A DNA stretch of 64,000 nucleotides, from the IMG/VR virus record IMGVR_UViG_3300006903_000012. One strand, given 5' to 3'. Source of the DNA: a virus. This document shows positions 60,778-64,000 of this stretch, piece after piece; position 1 is the first letter of the stretch; each line of letters begins with the position of its first letter. Position numbers and translations under genes: made by a program. A model generated the notes under the pieces. The model was not told the origin of the DNA. It saw only the letters and a list, made by a program, of their open reading frames with translations, and did not search any database.

Positions 60778-61923
60778 TTATTTAGCGGGCAGCAAAGCCT
60801 CTACAGCCAAAGCATCGACTGAATTGTCGATACCATCCACACAGGCATTGTAAAGAGAATCATGCACGCTAAATCCGTCCTGCATATCACTATAGGCATC
60901 TAACAAACGCCGCATAGTAATATCAAAACGAAATTTATTAGCGGCGCGCTCTTTTGCAACAGCCATCGCAAAATCAATCATTTTTTGAACTGGTTCTTTA
61001 TCGACATCTACTTCATTCGATTTTAACATCCGGGTCAATTGACCTTTATCTGGAAATCGAACATTGAATGGATATAATCGGTCTTTCAAACTATCCGGTA
61101 AGGGTTTGGTGCCAACCAATCCGGGATTGTAAGTCACCACCAATCGAAAATCTCGATGAACCGGATAAGTTCGGCCATTGATAGTAATTGTAAACGGTGG
61201 CGCTGTGATTGAGTTCAAGAACATGATGGCATCCGGATCAGCACCATTTACTTCGTCAATCTTCGCCCACCAACCCTTGACAACAGCGGTGGCGAACTCA
61301 GCTACTTCAAATCGATGAAGATCAGACATGGCCCCAATTAATTGTCGACCACGTAAGCCCGATTCCGCTCCAATATTCACTAACGGAATCACTTCTTTGG
61401 CAGCTAAGTATTCAACTGCAGATGATTTGCCAATCCCCGGCGGGCCCTTTATCCGAATGCTTTTTCCGTGTGCCATCATTTTAGATCGCAGCCGATCATA
61501 ATAAGATGGCTTGATGAAGAAACTATATTTCTCATTCACATCTGGAATCGGTGGACTTGGTGCCCAAATAATATCTGTCTGACCAGTTGAATTCGGGGTT
61601 GCTATCACATTTGTCGGCACTGATTTTGTTTGTGCTGTTCCAGTTGCAGGTGATGTACCATTTCCTGGCTGAGCAACTGTCACAACAATATTTGGATCAG
61701 TCGGGCGATAATTTAACTTGATAAACTCGCCACGCCGCTTGCCAGTCACATTTGTAAACCAAGCATTCAAAGTGCGGCAGTAATGACGGATCTGATTGTC
61801 ACTCAACCCCGTCCCTTTAGAAATCTCAGTAATCAAAGCTCCCTTCGGCCGATCTTGCATAAATACAACTAACTTATGAACTTCGCTGCTGGTTGAGAGA
61901 TCTAAAAGGATGGGTTGTGGCAT
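60778..61923 (-). CDS. AAA+ ATPase (MoxR/CobS-like)
   Basis: IRIKGPPGIGKSSAVEYLA (Walker A), WAKIDEVNGADPD (Walker B) and RLVVTYNPG. Confidence 0.65.
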   Translation of the reverse strand: MPQPILLDLSTSSEVHKLVVFMQDRPKGALITEISKGTGLSDNQIRHYCRTLNAWFTNVTGKRRGEFIKLNYRPTDPNIVVTVAQPGNGTSPATGTAQTKSVPTNVIATPNSTGQTDIIWAPSPPIPDVNEKYSFFIKPSYYDRLRSKMMAHGKSIRIKGPPGIGKSSAVEYLAAKEVIPLVNIGAESGLRGRQLIGAMSDLHRFEVAEFATAVVKGWWAKIDEVNGADPDAIMFLNSITAPPFTITINGRTYPVHRDFRLVVTYNPGLVGTKPLPDSLKDRLYPFNVRFPDKGQLTRMLKSNEVDVDKEPVQKMIDFAMAVAKERAANKFRFDITMRRLLDAYSDMQDGFSVHDSLYNACVDGIDNSVDALAVEALLPAK

Positions 61924-62608
61924 TTTGTCCGCCTTTCTTTTTCCGACTGGTCTTTTTCTTTGATTTCTTTAACTCTTGCAGATATTTTTTATATTGTTTC
62001 CCATCCAAAATATCTGCATTCTGAAATAGTATCTTTGAAATCGAAAATCGGCTGCTGCGCGAGATGTCTCGAATATCATCAACCCATCCAGCGATACCTC
62101 GACAAATCACTCTAACACTATTTCCTGATGGCTCGGCAATTAATATCAAACACCGGCGATGTACATCTCCCTTAGGTCTAACCGGCATCATCAATAACTC
62201 AGTTCGACGAGTTATCATAATTGAAACTTCACCATTCGGCATATTTTTAAAATTACCAATTTGCTTATAACCAGTTAACTTTCTCAACAATCGTCTCAAA
62301 ACTGTTTTGGGTTTATAAATTTTTACTAGCTTTTTCGGTAGCTCAATCACTTCACCGGTCTCAGGATCAACTGGCTGAACTTGTTTATCCGTTCGCCGTC
62401 TTCGAAATTCCTCAATTTGATTCTTGCCAGTAATTTTAAATGCTCTAATGCTCATCCGGCCTTTACAAATCTTACAAGGACGATAAGCCGTGCCCGCTTG
62501 CTCAACTTCACCACGCCACGGTTCTAAATGCTGACTATCGCGACTGCACACCCATAACCGAACTGAACGAGTTCCGGCATTGACTAAAAGATCCGGTGAG
62601 ATGTTCAT
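61874..62608 (-). CDS. hypothetical basic protein
   Basis: 244-aa ORF with CxxC (CKICKG). Confidence 0.55.
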   Translation of the reverse strand: MNISPDLLVNAGTRSVRLWVCSRDSQHLEPWRGEVEQAGTAYRPCKICKGRMSIRAFKITGKNQIEEFRRRRTDKQVQPVDPETGEVIELPKKLVKIYKPKTVLRRLLRKLTGYKQIGNFKNMPNGEVSIMITRRTELLMMPVRPKGDVHRRCLILIAEPSGNSVRVICRGIAGWVDDIRDISRSSRFSISKILFQNADILDGKQYKKYLQELKKSKKKTSRKKKGGQNATTHPFRSLNQQRSS

Positions 62609-62611
62609 CGT

Positions 62612-63208
62612 CTATCTCCTTTTTGTGATAGATGCAAATCTATTAGTAATGTCTTGTCGAATCTGATCAAAATAAATCGTAATCGAAAGGTAAGGACCCC
62701 CAAATTTAAAATTGATAATAACCTCTTTATTATCAACTCTTGGATAGACTGTTGGCGTAAATTCAACATAGCCAGATGAATGAGCAATAGTAATATGTAT
62801 AGGTATTGATCGGCCACTATATTTCACAGTCATATGACTAACAAGCACCCGAGTTGGTTGATTTAATTTAGGCCATGATTTTTTTGTTAGCAGCCAAATC
62901 AGCAAAATCAATACCCACGGAATCCACATCAAAATTGCAGTTGCCCAGATCAAAACTTTTTGCCAAAACTTATACCGTCGAAGATTCGTTGATGGAACGT
63001 CAACGGTATAGATCATATTACCACGATTTTCAACTACTGCCACAAACCATAATCCACACACCAACCCAATAACATCAACCACAAAGAACGATAAAGAGTA
63101 ACGCTCATTAGTGGCAATTAGTAATTGCCAAAACAATCTAATAAGCGGCCACCAGATAAGGAACTGTAGATACCCGTTCGATCGCACAGAATTGATTAAG
63201 TTTTTCAT
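62612..63208 (-). CDS. membrane protein
   Basis: 198 aa with about 4 TM helices in the N-terminal two thirds. Confidence 0.55.
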   Translation of the reverse strand: MKNLINSVRSNGYLQFLIWWPLIRLFWQLLIATNERYSLSFFVVDVIGLVCGLWFVAVVENRGNMIYTVDVPSTNLRRYKFWQKVLIWATAILMWIPWVLILLIWLLTKKSWPKLNQPTRVLVSHMTVKYSGRSIPIHITIAHSSGYVEFTPTVYPRVDNKEVIINFKFGGPYLSITIYFDQIRQDITNRFASITKRR

Positions 63209-63248
63209 TTTACTTCTCCTTTTATTTAATAGTCGGATAGATAACTAG

Positions 63249-63617
63249 TTATTTCTTCCGCTTGACCAATTTCTTCTTCCCGGCTTTCTTGCCTTCAACT
63301 TTTACAACTCCCTTTTGCGATTGCAATTGTGTTCTAATCTTTGCAAATTCAGGCTTAGCCGCTTTTAGGAAATTACGGCGCTGCGTGTTTAGATCACGCA
63401 GCGAATGCCCCATCGCCCCAATAAACTTTCGAACTGATAGAAGAGCCAATTTATCACCCGCTTCTTCGCGCAACTGTGAAAATAGATGTTTCAGTTCGGT
63501 ATCTTGTACTCGCTTAGAGCCTTTATCGTTTGTCACTGTCGCTAGATACATATTGTCTGCAGGATCAAACCACACATGAATTGAACCATTCTTACCAGAA
63601 AAAGTTGTGTCAAACAT
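63249..63617 (-). CDS. hypothetical basic protein
   Basis: 122-aa ORF with a K-rich tail. Confidence 0.55.
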   Translation of the reverse strand: MFDTTFSGKNGSIHVWFDPADNMYLATVTNDKGSKRVQDTELKHLFSQLREEAGDKLALLSVRKFIGAMGHSLRDLNTQRRNFLKAAKPEFAKIRTQLQSQKGVVKVEGKKAGKKKLVKRKK

Positions 63618-63659
63618 TTTGTTTTATCCTTTCGAGAGAAATAAAGTTGATAAATGAAA

Positions 63660-64000
63660 CTAAAGACTCAGCAATACCTTTTCAGCTTCGATACGAAGTT
63701 CTTTCCAAACAATTAGTCGAGCGGCATCAGCAGCAGCATCAGCAGCAGCATAAGCAGCATAAGCAGCAGCATCAGCAGCATCAGCAGCAGCATAAGCAGC
63801 ATAAGCAGCATAAGCAGCATAAGCAGCAGCATCAGCAGCATCAGCAGCAGCATAAGCAGCATAAGCAGCAGCATCAGCAGCATCAGCAGCAGCATAAGCA
63901 GCATAAGCAGCAGCATCAGCAGCATAAGCAGCAGCATCAGCAGCAGCATAAGCAGCATAAGCAGCAGCATCAGCAGCATCAGCAGCAGCATAAGCAGCAT
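63660..64000 (-). CDS. C-terminal part of an Ala-rich repeat protein (A2-3[D/Y] repeats); the frame assignment is tentative
   Basis: Hand translation of the minus frame that reads GCU GCU GAU/UAU through the repeat and continues as ...AADAARLIVWKELRIEAEKVLLSL-stop (TAG 63660-63662). It is open to the window edge, so it is absent from the track. Confidence 0.4.
   Translation of the reverse strand, partial: AAYAAADAADAAAYAAYAAADAAAYAADAAAYAAYAAADAADAAAYAAYAAADAADAAAYAAYAAYAAYAAADAADAAAYAAYAAADAAADAARLIVWKELRIEAEKVLLSL
63726..64000. repeat. imperfect tandem repeat built from 9- and 12-nt units, with a 42-nt higher-order period
   Basis: Units are atcagcagc, atcagcagcagc, ataagcagc and ataagcagcagc. 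The block ataagcagc-ataagcagcagc-atcagcagc-atcagcagcagc recurs at 63750, 63852 and 63948. The repeat runs off the window. Confidence 0.9.

Noticed and set aside
1183-62817. Nested minus-strand ORFs in alternative frames: 1183-1380, 2437-2676, 11864-12094, 16469-16654, 28018-28230, 32000-32200, 32898-33158, 35417-35620, 40312-40494, 46020-46286, 46642-46878, 52476-52664, 55923-56105 and 62605-62817.
   Set aside because: Each is wholly contained within a longer same-strand gene whose product has recognisable motifs. There is no independent start context.
477-63579. All other plus-strand ORFs in the track, for example 5920-6372, 12169-12507, 14613-14996, 46359-46835, 46748-47122 and 63262-63579.
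   Set aside because: Every one lies fully inside a longer minus-strand ORF with recognisable domains or operon-like packing. None has an obvious SD, and their products are low-complexity or hydrophobic nonsense. I treat them as antisense artefacts.
63713-64000. The (MLL/MLLL)n ORF listed in the track as the product of the tandem repeat.
   Set aside because: It is a poly-Leu/Met product ending abruptly at the repeat border and leaves a 95-nt gap to the next gene. The Ala-rich frame continues into unique sequence and ends 42 nt from the next gene. It is not fully excluded, because the start lies outside the window.
63726-64000. The tandem repeat as a CRISPR array or satellite.
   Set aside because: The units are 9-12 nt with no spacers, in phase with codons, and contiguous with a coding tail. 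This is a coding microsatellite-like repeat, not a CRISPR array.
1-64000. Prophage boundaries, integrase, att sites, transposases or a bacterial flank.
   Set aside because: No tyrosine or serine recombinase or transposase motifs were seen in any frame I inspected. Gene content is phage-like from edge to edge, so the window appears to be internal to a phage genome.

Overview
The window looks like a 64-kb stretch of a large tailed dsDNA phage (Caudoviricetes-like). Every credible gene is on the minus strand, genes are tightly packed, and many junctions are ATGA/TAATG overlaps. I saw no rRNA, CRISPR array, integrase or transposase.

In transcription order (high to low coordinates):
- 64.0-56.5 kb: small genes, a partial Ala-rich repeat gene, and an AAA+/vWA pair.
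- 56.5-55.2 kb: a TadG/Flp-pilus-like protein.
- 55.1-50.7 kb: UvrD-like helicase, a macro-like protein, QueD and QueE.
- 50.6-48.3 kb: small genes and a poly-acidic protein.
- 48.3-47.8 kb: a roughly 500-nt intergenic region.
- 47.8-31.8 kb: the replication and recombination module (primase, DnaB, clamp loader, sliding clamp, DpdA-like transglycosylase, family A polymerase, family 4 UDG, RecA, Cas4-like nuclease, RuvC-like resolvase).
- 31.8-29.2 kb: FolE, HNH, QueC and an aminotransferase.
- 28.3-26.1 kb: terminase.
- 26-11 kb: about 15 kb of small genes, a glycosidase-SH3b lysin, a tRNA and tRNA-like array, a LexA-DBD-only protein and membrane micro-ORFs.
- 10.8-0 kb: four head-associated polyvalent genes.

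Most notable hand-derived observations:
1. A compact ORF-less group I intron appears to split the portal gene. A free-standing Vsr-fold homing endonuclease abuts exon 1.
2. A 14-residue His-rich motif (KHxPGKHDQxxHAG) occurs 8 times at domain boundaries in four consecutive virion genes. These genes include a portal-MuF-GNAT-2H fusion, a zincin peptidase and an ART-tipped protein.
3. A dispersed 7-deazaguanine DNA-modification pathway has an unexpected PLP aminotransferase translationally coupled to QueC.

All calls come from reading the sequence and translations by eye. No database searches or folding programs were run.
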